DNA of 64,000 bases from Histomonas meleagridis 2922-C6/04-290x (lineage: Eukaryota; Protista; Parabasalia), in assembly GCA_020184695.1 (NCBI GenBank), contig JAANOX010000063.1, forward strand, positions 1 through 64,000, in the 5' to 3' direction. The number at the start of each line of letters is the position of its first letter. Position 1 is the stretch's first letter. Positions 54,291 to 64,000 of the stretch are shown here, piece by piece. Position numbers and translations under genes: made by a program. The notes beneath the pieces were generated by a model. It had not been told where the DNA came from. It ran no database searches and saw only the letters and a program-made list of their open reading frames with translations.

Positions 54291-55604
54291 ATGTATAAGA
54301 AGTTAACCAAAAAGAAAACAATTGATACTTTTAGAAATGATATTAAAGACAACTTAGAAGAAACAGAGAGAAGGGAATTAGGATTTCAAAGCGAAAATTG
54401 TTTTTTTGATTATTTACAATTTAATGCTTTTTTAATGTCTCCTGATTCTTCCATAATCCCAATGCAAAAAATAGAAGAATTTTATAAATTTCACTCAAGG
54501 TATCATTTTTTAATTTCCGATGAATCTGTAAAAACCATAACATTATTATTTTCTTTAATCAATTTTTTTGGCAATAACATGTTGTTAATAAATTCGTTGA
54601 TACTTCTAACCTATGATAATCGGATAGATCCCATGATTTTTATACATGGTATAGAATCAAATTATCAATTAATTCTTTTAAATATTCCAATTTTACTTAA
54701 ATTATTTGCACGCCTTTCATGCAAGAAGTCCATACGATCACAAATTCTTGGATTAATTCCATCTCAAATTCTTATTCCTCAAATTAAACCTCACAATATC
54801 CATATTATTTCTAAAATTTTATATAAATATTCTAATCTATATTGTTTAGGCAGTTCACATTTTCCTTATTTCTTCCAGTTTCTTCAAACAGTTTTCCAAA
54901 ATTATCCCAAAGAAAACAATCTGTCTCTTCAAATTATATTAAATCTTACAAAGAATTCAGAGTTTTCTTATGACATGTTAAATACTTTTAATATATTTCC
55001 ACATTTTAATTTTCTATTAAATTCTTCAAATGATATATCCACAATTTCATTAATTTTCCAAATATTTGTAGTTTTACTCGACTCAGGTTTTAATGAGTTA
55101 TCAAAAATTGATATTCATAAAGCATTTGATTTTCTAAATTGTGATTCGATTATTATCCAAAAACATTTACTAAACTTTTTGATTTCGTTAACTCAAGTAG
55201 CAGTAGCAGATGGAATTGTTGGCATATTTGATTACTTTAGAGATAAAAATGTTTTGGCAATTATTTATCATAATTTTTCAATTGGCCCATCATACGAAAT
55301 CAAAATGCTCATCATAAAATTGATATCAAACCTTGTGTCCTTTTATGGAATTGCCGAGATAAGCGAATTTTTAGTTAATGAATTCATTGAAGAAATTTGC
55401 TTATTCTCTGAAAGCTTACAGACATCAGATGATGCTTACGCATTAGTTTCTTTACTATTAAAGCTAATGAACTCCAATTCTAATGAAATCGTTGAAGCAA
55501 TAAAGAATTATCTTTCTATCGAAAGCCTTATGTGCATATGTGATGACATGGATCCTATAATTTCACTTCGGGTCAACACTTTAATTGAAGAACTAAGCCA
55601 ATAA
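54291..55604 (+). CDS. ARM/HEAT-like helical protein
   Basis: 437-aa Leu/Ile-rich helical ORF; C-terminal YEIKMLIIKLISNL resembles the trichomonad importin-alpha-like family. Confidence 0.55.
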   Translation: MYKKLTKKKTIDTFRNDIKDNLEETERRELGFQSENCFFDYLQFNAFLMSPDSSIIPMQKIEEFYKFHSRYHFLISDESVKTITLLFSLINFFGNNMLLINSLILLTYDNRIDPMIFIHGIESNYQLILLNIPILLKLFARLSCKKSIRSQILGLIPSQILIPQIKPHNIHIISKILYKYSNLYCLGSSHFPYFFQFLQTVFQNYPKENNLSLQIILNLTKNSEFSYDMLNTFNIFPHFNFLLNSSNDISTISLIFQIFVVLLDSGFNELSKIDIHKAFDFLNCDSIIIQKHLLNFLISLTQVAVADGIVGIFDYFRDKNVLAIIYHNFSIGPSYEIKMLIIKLISNLVSFYGIAEISEFLVNEFIEEICLFSESLQTSDDAYALVSLLLKLMNSNSNEIVEAIKNYLSIESLMCICDDMDPIISLRVNTLIEELSQ

Positions 55605-55924
55605 AAACTGTTTGTAATTTTTTTTTTTTGCAAAAGTTGACTGTAACTAAAACGATGACTGTTAACTAAATTTTCACGATTTCCCCACTTTTTGGATCAA
55701 TAAATCACACAAAAACCCGACAAATAACGAGGGCAATTTCTCCATTCAAAAAAAAGTAATATTGATTTTTTCTGAAGTTTATATACAGAAATACTGTGAA
55801 AGATTTCGGGCCAAAGAAACCCGCCAAGAATTTTCGGAGGTTATTCCACTTTTTAAACGAAAACACGTTACATATTTTCTAAAAGTTAAATATTTGACAA
55901 CTCCATTGAATAATTAAAAATAAC

Positions 55925-55929
55925 TCATT
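55925..55929 (+). promoter_or_regulatory. Putative initiator (Inr) TCATT
   Basis: Matches the trichomonad TCA(C/T)(T/A) Inr, 18 nt upstream of ATG 55947. Confidence 0.5.
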
Positions 55930-55946
55930 CAATTCTGTGCCAAATA

Positions 55947-58900
55947 ATGGCGTCAGTAACAACAACTGTATTGTCAACTTCTCAAAAGACTAAAGGCCAA
56001 TCTGGTATTGACGACATTACAACCACAGAATCTGAGAGCTGGAAGCTCAAGCTCACTACAGAAGATTTTTTATATCCATTATATGAAGAATGTTCAACTC
56101 ACAGTAAAATACCAAGCGTAATAGTTATACTTCATTTTATAGTTCAATTTATCCAGCTCTCAGTTGTTTCATCAATGCTTTTATCAAAGAAAATTAATTC
56201 TGATACTTTCCATCCAGCATTTTATATTTTACTTAAGTTTGCAGATTTTGGCATGACATATCAAACATTTGATGGCTGTTTCACACAATTTCTTGTGTTA
56301 GTAATCATATATGCTTTAATGTTATTATTTATCATTTTTATGGTTATCTATCACAAAGCCAAAAAGACGTTTTTAAAATTTCAAGTTGCAATATGGCAAA
56401 CATTTTCTATGATAATAGTTAATGTTCTTATATGTCCAACCGCAGTATATTCTGGGAAAGCATTTGTTGCTCTAACAACAGATGCAAGTCTTAAAAACAT
56501 TGTTTTATTCATAGTTTCAATACTTATGTTTTTGTCATTTTTTAGTGTCTTTATTTTTTCCTCATATATGTTTACATTAACTCCATATTTAGTTGATTGT
56601 ATTTCATATGGATGGGATCCACGACCTAATTTGATTTTGTCATTTATATTATTTTTAGGTGCAATTACAGGAACAGCAGTTGAAGTATTTGCAGATTGGT
56701 TAATGTATTTATTTGTCATATTTATTTTTTTATTATTTATGGTTGTTTATCGATATTATTTATATTTCCCACATTTTTATTATGGTTATACGGTAATATC
56801 ATCATCATTAATACTATTTTATATGTATAATTGTATAATATCAATACTTAAATTAATAAATTTCTTCCCTATTACATATAATGAAGTTGTTGCAGCTATT
56901 GGTGCAGGTATTATTATTATATCATTGATTATTAATATAATTACATTTAAAATTAGAAAAGATAAAAATTTAAAAATATTGAATAATGAAGAACCAAGAA
57001 ATGATAAAGAAAAGTATATATATTTTGATACATTAACATTTAAAAACATTGATCATGCGAAAATGCTTTTAAGATTAGGTATTAAATATCATTGTAAATT
57101 ATTCATTGATTTTTCATTTATAAGATATCTTATTGATTATTATTCACATCCACAAATTCTAATAGATATATTACAAATTTTATCTTTGTTTCCTGGTCAA
57201 CAACAAATGTTAAGTTTATGTTTATCATTAGTATCGAATTTACCTAAATTAAATATATTCCAAGGTTATTTAATATATCAAGTTCATCGAATTCATATCT
57301 TAAGACAAAGTACAATATCTATTGAAGGTAATAAACAATTAACTTCATTAGAAAAACATTCGAATAAAGTAATAGCTACAATTCGTGGATTTTGGAATGA
57401 AGTATCTAAATCTAAGGCAGTAACAATGGCATCATTTAAATCATTAGCAGATTTATCAAATGAAACAAATTCTGTGTTTTTAGATACCATTGAGAAATAT
57501 CCAAATTCACAAAAAATATATGAATCTTATTGTAAATTTTTAATCGAAGGAATGGGAGATTATAATTCGGCAATTAAAATTGCTAAAATTTGTACTGATA
57601 TGGAATTAGGTAAAAGGAAATCAGTTGATCATTCATATCATTTATTTGTAAATTTGTTTCCAGATTATATTAAATTAGGAATCCTTAATCAAAAAGGTTA
57701 TTTCACTAACACAGAAACAGAATTAAAGTCAGAACAAAGTTTAAATGCTGTTGATTCGTATGAAACATTTCAAGATGGATTAAATAAGAAATATGATGAA
57801 TTATCAACAACATTATTTAATCATAGTAAATTAAGATTAACAATACAAAACTCATTAGATAATTATAAATTCCATTCTTTAACTAATTCAAGAATTATTG
57901 GAATTTCACAATTTATTTTATTAATTGCTTTAGCATTAATAATTATTTACTTATGTTCATATTGTACAAGTCCTTTATTACAATACTTTAGAATTAATCC
58001 AATCATTACAAATATTTCAACTTCTTTACAATATATATCTGTTGTAGGTTCCGTTGATATTTTAATGGTTCAAGGATTATATGATAAACAACAAATGATT
58101 AATGATATATTTCCAAGTACTGAAGAACAACAAAATTTAGAGAATTTTTCCACTTCTTATTTTGATACAACTGTTTTAACAGGAAATGATATATATAAAG
58201 AAATAAAAGAAAAAACAGATGAAGAATTAAGAACTATATATAGTAATGCTGAAGCATATTCACAACAAATAAATGTTTTAGGGAATATTTCAAATTCTTA
58301 TGTCCATGTTACAGAATTTAATACTTTTTCAGGTTTCCCTTCAAGTCTTAGAAGTTATATTCATTATGCAACATCAGTTTTAAATGATTTACTTTCAAGG
58401 TTTTCATTAATATATATAAACCCTACTGGGATGTTAAAGTATATTCAACCATTTATTGTAAACACTCCACGATTTTCAAATCGATTTATTGAATTGTCAG
58501 AAGTATTAAAACAACAAATTGATGAAGAAGGTTCATATATGTCACAATTAATTATAATATTACCACTTGTTTTAGGATTTATAGTATTAATTGCTTTTAT
58601 TTTATTGGGTTTACCATTCTTTACAAGTATTAAAAAAGATACAAGTAAAATCTTGAAGATATTAGAAAATGTAAAAGATGAAGATATTCAAGAATCATTT
58701 AATCCTATTTATCTTAAAACTAAAGGTAAATTAACATTAAATTTCTCACATTCATCACAAAAGAAAGATACAATTGATATCGGACTTATAGTTATTACAT
58801 CAGTAGCAATAATATTATTAGTGTTTTTGTTTGTATTCTTAATTATATCTACTAGAAATATTATTAGATATTTACAAGATATAAGTTCGATGGCTGAACT

Positions 58901-60596
58901 TTGTTCTGTTCGAATTATTACATTACTTTCTACATTATTAAGATCTATCATTGATAGAACTTCATATCGTATATTATTCCAAAGTGATCCACTTGATTAT
59001 TCAAGTATACTTAATGAATTAAATGATTATAACTTAGAAATTTTACAAAGAATTGTTGGCCTTAATGATGATTCAAGTTACTATTTAAATGATGAATGTG
59101 ATATTCATCAAAATTTAACATATTCCAAATATTTACAATGTGTTAGTATGAATACAAAAATGAATATATTAATGAAAAAATTTAAGGAATTTCTTACAGG
59201 TACAACATTTCGTACTTCTTCATTCTCTACTATACTTTATTTAATCGATTTATATCTTTTTGATGATTTACGTAATTTCCAAAATACAATATATCAAATC
59301 ACTTATAGTTATTCAATGAGAGAACTTTATGGAGTTTATGGACTTGTTGGTGGTTTAGCAATAGTTACAATAATTTTATTAATATATGAATTAACATATA
59401 TTCATGTTTATTCAGTATCATTTAACTTCTTTAAACAATTAATGTTATTTTTACCTCCATTATCAATAGTTAATAATAAAACATTTATGGACTTTATCTT
59501 AGAAAATACTAATGAAACTAAAGTAATGACACCAAGTGAATCGATACTTAATTCTACTTCATTTGCAATAATAACTGTTGATTCCAATTTAATAATACAA
59601 AATGTTAATTCATCTTTTCAACATTTAACTGGATTATTACCAGATCAAATCTTAGGGCGTTCTTTAAATTGGTTTATCCCTACACCAAATTCATTTGAAA
59701 CAGATTCGAAACAACGAATCTTTTCAGCACGATTTTATTCATGTATTAATGAAATCCAAGCAGAAAACAGAGAAGCAGATCAAACATTACAATTATATTG
59801 TATGAAAGAAAATGGTTCAACAATATTTGTGAAAGTTTCATTAATTCCTTTATTAGATGAAAACACGAATAAATTATCTTCAATTACTTTATTAATTGAA
59901 AGTTTAGAGACTGAAACTACACAAAAACAAATGATACATGATGTTAAAGAGAAATGTAAACAACTTATGAATGCTTTATTACCGAAAGAAATGATAGAAA
60001 ATATTAACTTTTCAAATCAACAAGAAAAAAGTTTAACTTATAAATCTGATTCATCAATTGTTATATTCGTTGAACTTGTAGGCGCTGAAAATAATGTGTT
60101 TTCAATGTTACCGAAAAATTTGATTTCTTCTTTAACAAAAATTTATGATGCATTTGAAGAGATCGAAAAGAGTTTCCAATTCATTAGGACAATTAAAGCA
60201 AATGGTACAAATATCATTGCTTGTACTGACTTATTTGAGAATAATAAATCAGATGACGACTTATATGATAAAGCTAAAGAAGTCATTATGTTTTGCGAAG
60301 AATTAATTGAACATTTCGAAAGTCCAAATTCCACTTTCAACTTGAGTATTCAGCCAAGAATTGGTATCGCGAAAGGAGAATTAATGTGTAACATTGAATT
60401 GAACCAGGAAATACCTCTGTACAGAATTGTAGGTAATGCTATAGATTTGGCAGAAGATGTTGTGTTGGATGCGCCGCTGGGTACAGTGGTGGTGACGAAG
60501 GATATAAAGGATTTGTTGTCAGAAAAAGAATTCAAAATTTCGGAGAGCTACAGAAAGGATTTGTTTAACGTTGAGTCTATTCGACTTAAAAAATAA
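55947..60596 (+). CDS. Multi-pass membrane PAS plus class III nucleotidyl cyclase-like protein (degenerate active site)
   Basis: Many TM helices, PAS (IITVDSNLIIQNVNSSFQHLTGLLPDQILGRSL), cyclase fold (LMNALLPKEM, PRIGIAKG, YRIVGNAI). Confidence 0.85.
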   Translation: MASVTTTVLSTSQKTKGQSGIDDITTTESESWKLKLTTEDFLYPLYEECSTHSKIPSVIVILHFIVQFIQLSVVSSMLLSKKINSDTFHPAFYILLKFADFGMTYQTFDGCFTQFLVLVIIYALMLLFIIFMVIYHKAKKTFLKFQVAIWQTFSMIIVNVLICPTAVYSGKAFVALTTDASLKNIVLFIVSILMFLSFFSVFIFSSYMFTLTPYLVDCISYGWDPRPNLILSFILFLGAITGTAVEVFADWLMYLFVIFIFLLFMVVYRYYLYFPHFYYGYTVISSSLILFYMYNCIISILKLINFFPITYNEVVAAIGAGIIIISLIINIITFKIRKDKNLKILNNEEPRNDKEKYIYFDTLTFKNIDHAKMLLRLGIKYHCKLFIDFSFIRYLIDYYSHPQILIDILQILSLFPGQQQMLSLCLSLVSNLPKLNIFQGYLIYQVHRIHILRQSTISIEGNKQLTSLEKHSNKVIATIRGFWNEVSKSKAVTMASFKSLADLSNETNSVFLDTIEKYPNSQKIYESYCKFLIEGMGDYNSAIKIAKICTDMELGKRKSVDHSYHLFVNLFPDYIKLGILNQKGYFTNTETELKSEQSLNAVDSYETFQDGLNKKYDELSTTLFNHSKLRLTIQNSLDNYKFHSLTNSRIIGISQFILLIALALIIIYLCSYCTSPLLQYFRINPIITNISTSLQYISVVGSVDILMVQGLYDKQQMINDIFPSTEEQQNLENFSTSYFDTTVLTGNDIYKEIKEKTDEELRTIYSNAEAYSQQINVLGNISNSYVHVTEFNTFSGFPSSLRSYIHYATSVLNDLLSRFSLIYINPTGMLKYIQPFIVNTPRFSNRFIELSEVLKQQIDEEGSYMSQLIIILPLVLGFIVLIAFILLGLPFFTSIKKDTSKILKILENVKDEDIQESFNPIYLKTKGKLTLNFSHSSQKKDTIDIGLIVITSVAIILLVFLFVFLIISTRNIIRYLQDISSMAELCSVRIITLLSTLLRSIIDRTSYRILFQSDPLDYSSILNELNDYNLEILQRIVGLNDDSSYYLNDECDIHQNLTYSKYLQCVSMNTKMNILMKKFKEFLTGTTFRTSSFSTILYLIDLYLFDDLRNFQNTIYQITYSYSMRELYGVYGLVGGLAIVTIILLIYELTYIHVYSVSFNFFKQLMLFLPPLSIVNNKTFMDFILENTNETKVMTPSESILNSTSFAIITVDSNLIIQNVNSSFQHLTGLLPDQILGRSLNWFIPTPNSFETDSKQRIFSARFYSCINEIQAENREADQTLQLYCMKENGSTIFVKVSLIPLLDENTNKLSSITLLIESLETETTQKQMIHDVKEKCKQLMNALLPKEMIENINFSNQQEKSLTYKSDSSIVIFVELVGAENNVFSMLPKNLISSLTKIYDAFEEIEKSFQFIRTIKANGTNIIACTDLFENNKSDDDLYDKAKEVIMFCEELIEHFESPNSTFNLSIQPRIGIAKGELMCNIELNQEIPLYRIVGNAIDLAEDVVLDAPLGTVVVTKDIKDLLSEKEFKISESYRKDLFNVESIRLKK

Positions 60597-60905
60597 AATG
60601 TATTGAAATTTCATTTGTTTTTTGTTATTTCGTTTAAATCTTCTGGTGATACTCAAATGATTAGAAAAAGTTAAATTTTTGTTTTGGATTTTTTCAAAAT
60701 ATGAACATTAAAGAATATTATACATATGTGCGTTTGTATGTATGACTTCGATGAAGCCTTCTACTTGGCTGTTGCTTTTGGAGGTGTAAAGAAAAATTGT
60801 ATGTGAAAACCGGCTTCACTTAAAAGTTGTGTTTACAAATTTGAATGCATTGAAAATCTACCTGCTTTCCATTGAATTCACCTCACAGGAGGTAGAAGGA
60901 AGAAC

Positions 60906-60915
60906 TCACTTCATT
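60906..60915 (+). promoter_or_regulatory. Tandem putative Inr elements TCACT and TCATT
   Basis: Located 8-17 nt upstream of the beta-amylase ATG at 60923. Confidence 0.5.
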
Positions 60916-60922
60916 GTCAATT

Positions 60923-62194
60923 ATGTTTGCATTATTATTCGCTAGTGCATTCTCAGGGTGTGACGTTTTCGTCATGGCACCACTTGTAATGTTTGATTCA
61001 TATCAAAACCTTCTTGACTCAGGAAAATATGAATATTGGTTCGGGCAACTTCAAGGCGCAGGTGTTAGAGGTATTATGATCGATGTTTGGTGGGGTCTTT
61101 GTGAACAAACACAAAAGAATTACAAGTTCTCAGGTTATAGAACAGTATTCAATATGATGAAGAACAAAGGACTCAAAATTATTCCAGTTATGTCATTCCA
61201 TCGTTGTGGTGGTAATGTTGGTGATTCATGCAATATCCCAATTCCAGATTTTGTTTTCCAAGGTTCAGTTCAACCATATTTCGTTGATGTTCTTGGTAAG
61301 ACTGACTCTGAATATATTTCATTTGCTTATGATGATATCACAATTAATAACAGAACGCCACTTCAAATGTATCATGACTTCATGGTCGCATTCAGAGATG
61401 AATTCATTGATTTAATTAACGATGGAACAATTGTCGAAATCGAAGTTGGTGCAGGACCATGTGGTGAACTTCGTTATCCATCATATCAACTTGACAGATG
61501 GTCATATTCAGGATGTGGTGCATATCAATGCTATGATCCAATGATGAAGAATAAGTTCAAACAAGCCGCAGCTGCTGCAGGTCATCCAGAATGGGATTCA
61601 CCACCAACAGATACAGGTGATTATAATGTTCGTCCAGGAGGTTCATCATATTGGAGCAATGGTTGGAACATTGAATATGGAAAATTCTTTAACAAATGGT
61701 ATGCTAATCTTCTTGTTGAACATGGTGCAAACGTTTTAAAGGATGCACGTGAAATCTTTGGCAATAACCTTCGACTTTCTTGCAAGATTTCTGGTATTCA
61801 TTGGCACTATACATCAGCCTGTCACTGTGCTGAACTCACTGCAGGTTATTATAACATTTGGGATTATGATGGTTATCAAACAATCATTAATATGTTCAAA
61901 CAATATAACATCGAAGTTTGCTTCACATGCCTTGAAATGACTGGTGAAGATTACAACGCAGGAAGTAACCCACCAGCACTTGTTTCACAAATCTTAAGAG
62001 ATACTAAGAATGCTGGACTTAAGTTTGAAGGTGAAAACGCTCTTGAAAGATATGATTGGACTGCATACAACCAAATCAAATCTTGGGTTTACCAAGGATT
62101 ATCAACTTTCACTTACTTGAGACTTGGTGATACTTTGATGAACAATAACTTTAACGACTTCAAGAACTTTGTGAACCAAATGAACAATGCTTAG
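60923..62194 (+). CDS. Beta-amylase (glycoside hydrolase family 14), secreted
   Basis: GIMIDVWWG, MSFHRCGGNVGD, VGAGPCGELRYPSY (catalytic Glu) and FEGENAL (second catalytic Glu); signal peptide. Confidence 0.97.
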   Translation: MFALLFASAFSGCDVFVMAPLVMFDSYQNLLDSGKYEYWFGQLQGAGVRGIMIDVWWGLCEQTQKNYKFSGYRTVFNMMKNKGLKIIPVMSFHRCGGNVGDSCNIPIPDFVFQGSVQPYFVDVLGKTDSEYISFAYDDITINNRTPLQMYHDFMVAFRDEFIDLINDGTIVEIEVGAGPCGELRYPSYQLDRWSYSGCGAYQCYDPMMKNKFKQAAAAAGHPEWDSPPTDTGDYNVRPGGSSYWSNGWNIEYGKFFNKWYANLLVEHGANVLKDAREIFGNNLRLSCKISGIHWHYTSACHCAELTAGYYNIWDYDGYQTIINMFKQYNIEVCFTCLEMTGEDYNAGSNPPALVSQILRDTKNAGLKFEGENALERYDWTAYNQIKSWVYQGLSTFTYLRLGDTLMNNNFNDFKNFVNQMNNA

Positions 62195-62623
62195 ATAAAC
62201 AAAAACTTATAATTTTATCTCATTTATTAATTAATTAATTGAAACTTTTTTCAGTGTTATTAATTTAAAAACTTTGGAAAAATTACTTAATATGAAATAA
62301 AGTAATATATGACCAGAAAAACAAAATAATAATTTGTTAAATTGGAAAAACAGTTCATCAATATTTATCAGAAATCACTTGCTAATCTAAATTAATAGAA
62401 CTTGAGTATTAAAAAAATAAAAATACAGTATTTCGTTTGGAATAATTAAAGTACGACTTCATTTAAAAAAATAATGATTAAACATAGAAATTTTGTTTTC
62501 ATCAATTTTTCATGTAATTTTAGGGAAATAACTTAATATATTTTTTAGATCTAATGCATAATTTTCATATTTTAAAATAATTACAAAAATAATTTATTAT
62601 TTTACAAAAGAATAAAATTTAAT

Positions 62624-63991
62624 CTATAAAATGAAATAGTTAAAGAAAAGTCTCAAACATTTTTCGCTTTGTACTGCCAAAACAAATCTTCTTGACGTTT
62701 GCCAGTCGTGTCTATCCCACGCGTGGTATTGCATTGATATTGCACCCACTTGTGAGTTTGACATTTGGAATATTTGCGCCGAATATTTTTCGATGTAATA
62801 TCCTCTTTTACACATTTTCGAAATTGCGTTAAACGAGAACGACGACCGAAAAGTTCCCAAACATTCATTTGTCGCCGTCATGAACAATATGTCGACCAAA
62901 GCAGACGCGTGATCGAAATCGGGCCTCTTCACAGAGTCCGTCAAAATCGTATAATTACCGAAAACTTTAAGAAACTCTTTTTCCATATCTTTACTATCCG
63001 ATGTGAACGCGAACATTGTTGGTTTATTATTCATTTTGTCCAGAAGAAATGGAACTAACGCTTTCATGTTCGGCTGAATTCCATATGTGAAATAATGTCC
63101 GGGCATATGAAATCGCAAATGTATTCCGAAAATTCGAACGTTTTTGGGAACAGTTTTAAAGAGTTTTAAGATGTATTCCAAGTTCTCATTTGGAATTTCA
63201 ATGAGAAAATTACTTAGAAAATAAATGGCGTGCATGCCGAAATGTGAATATGCAAATGCAGAAAGTTGATGTTGAACATATATCATCGAGGAGAAGATAA
63301 GAAGGTTAAGACAAAGGGTTTTGCCACCCTGTGAATAGAAATCGGAACTATACCAGCCTGAAAATGTGTCGATCTCTTTTTGTGGACGTTTGGAAAGGAT
63401 TTGTGAAAATGTATTGTTCATGTCATAAATGTGCTTGCGATATTTATATGCATTACCACTTTGACTTACAATATGACCTTGTTGAACAAAATTACCTTGA
63501 ATAACCATCGTACGATTTGTCATAAGAGATAGTAAAAACATAGTAATATCCATGCTAATTCGATTACCTACACCATTTGTTACATGATTGATCTTGATAT
63601 ATTCTCTATTTTCAATTGTGGTATTATCCATGTATGTTATCCAACGCTTAATGGTACGCCAAGCTTCTATGATTTGAGGGCATGTAACTTCGCTCTTTGG
63701 TGAGGTACATGGAACGTATGATCGAGACCATGTTGGAAGATGCAACCCTTTGATTGCTTCATCAAGTTCTTGTTGTGTATATGGAAATGGTGAAGGTTCA
63801 GGTGGCAAACGATTGTCAACTTGAGAATATTTATTTTTTGGAATTATATTATTCGATATTTTAACCTTTGATCTGAAAAATATTAAAATATTAAGAACAA
63901 TAGAAAGGATAATGACTATATCAATGGTAATTGTTACCAGCTTGTGAAGTGACTCCGCTTTGTCTTGGAAAACAATGGGAGCCTTCATCAA
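62624..63991 (-). CDS. Type II membrane GT-B glycosyltransferase, fucosyltransferase-like (NodZ/FUT8/FUT1-type motifs)
   Basis: N-terminal TM, NGVGNRI, FGIHLRF (motif I), FAFTSDS (motif II) and ALVDILFM..CLGTFRSSFS (motif III). Confidence 0.7.
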   Translation of the reverse strand: MMKAPIVFQDKAESLHKLVTITIDIVIILSIVLNILIFFRSKVKISNNIIPKNKYSQVDNRLPPEPSPFPYTQQELDEAIKGLHLPTWSRSYVPCTSPKSEVTCPQIIEAWRTIKRWITYMDNTTIENREYIKINHVTNGVGNRISMDITMFLLSLMTNRTMVIQGNFVQQGHIVSQSGNAYKYRKHIYDMNNTFSQILSKRPQKEIDTFSGWYSSDFYSQGGKTLCLNLLIFSSMIYVQHQLSAFAYSHFGMHAIYFLSNFLIEIPNENLEYILKLFKTVPKNVRIFGIHLRFHMPGHYFTYGIQPNMKALVPFLLDKMNNKPTMFAFTSDSKDMEKEFLKVFGNYTILTDSVKRPDFDHASALVDILFMTATNECLGTFRSSFSFNAISKMCKRGYYIEKYSAQIFQMSNSQVGAISMQYHAWDRHDWQTSRRFVLAVQSEKCLRLFFNYFIL

Positions 63992-64000
63992 GTTAGACGA

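Noticed and set aside
23430-63058. Numerous short overlapping ORFs in the six-frame track (e.g. 23430-23879, 25344-25981, 50629-50934, 56381-60535, 62653-63058)
   Set aside because: Antisense or alternate-frame shadows of well-supported genes with no independent motifs
1-64000. tRNA, rRNA or snRNA genes
   Set aside because: No cloverleaf, A/B boxes or rRNA-like GC-rich tracts recognised; a tRNAscan/Infernal run would be needed to exclude them fully

Overview
AT-rich eukaryotic genomic DNA, most likely from a parabasalid (trichomonad). This is inferred from BspA-like LRR surface genes, trichomonad-type ankyrin genes, an R2R3 Myb, a multi-TM PAS pseudo-cyclase, a GH14 beta-amylase and short intergenic regions with TCA(C/T)T initiators. 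Recognisable housekeeping genes are DJ-1, SmB, COG4, RPS6, ALG13, an LSm protein, an RCC1-like protein, RanBP1, a metacaspase, Raptor-like and a tomosyn-like protein. Two accessory zones interrupt them. The first is a DNA-transposon cluster at 14.6-22.2 kb: two Tc1-like elements, two P-like relics and a pogo element with exact TIR/TA ends. The second is a heavily rearranged 26-48 kb zone with seven BspA-type loci (only one intact), inverted and direct duplications, template-switch-like junctions and a hAT relic. The most striking unexplained signal is in three ankyrin arrays. Open, variable 90-nt ankyrin coding modules alternate with stop-containing AT-rich spacers that are exactly 80 nt in 9 of 12 cases, lack GT-AG boundaries, and sit at the ankyrin beta-hairpin. 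This suggests non-canonical fixed-length introns or a cassette system. Caveat: many frameshifts fall in homopolymers and may be long-read assembly errors. Family assignments come from motif recognition, not database searches.
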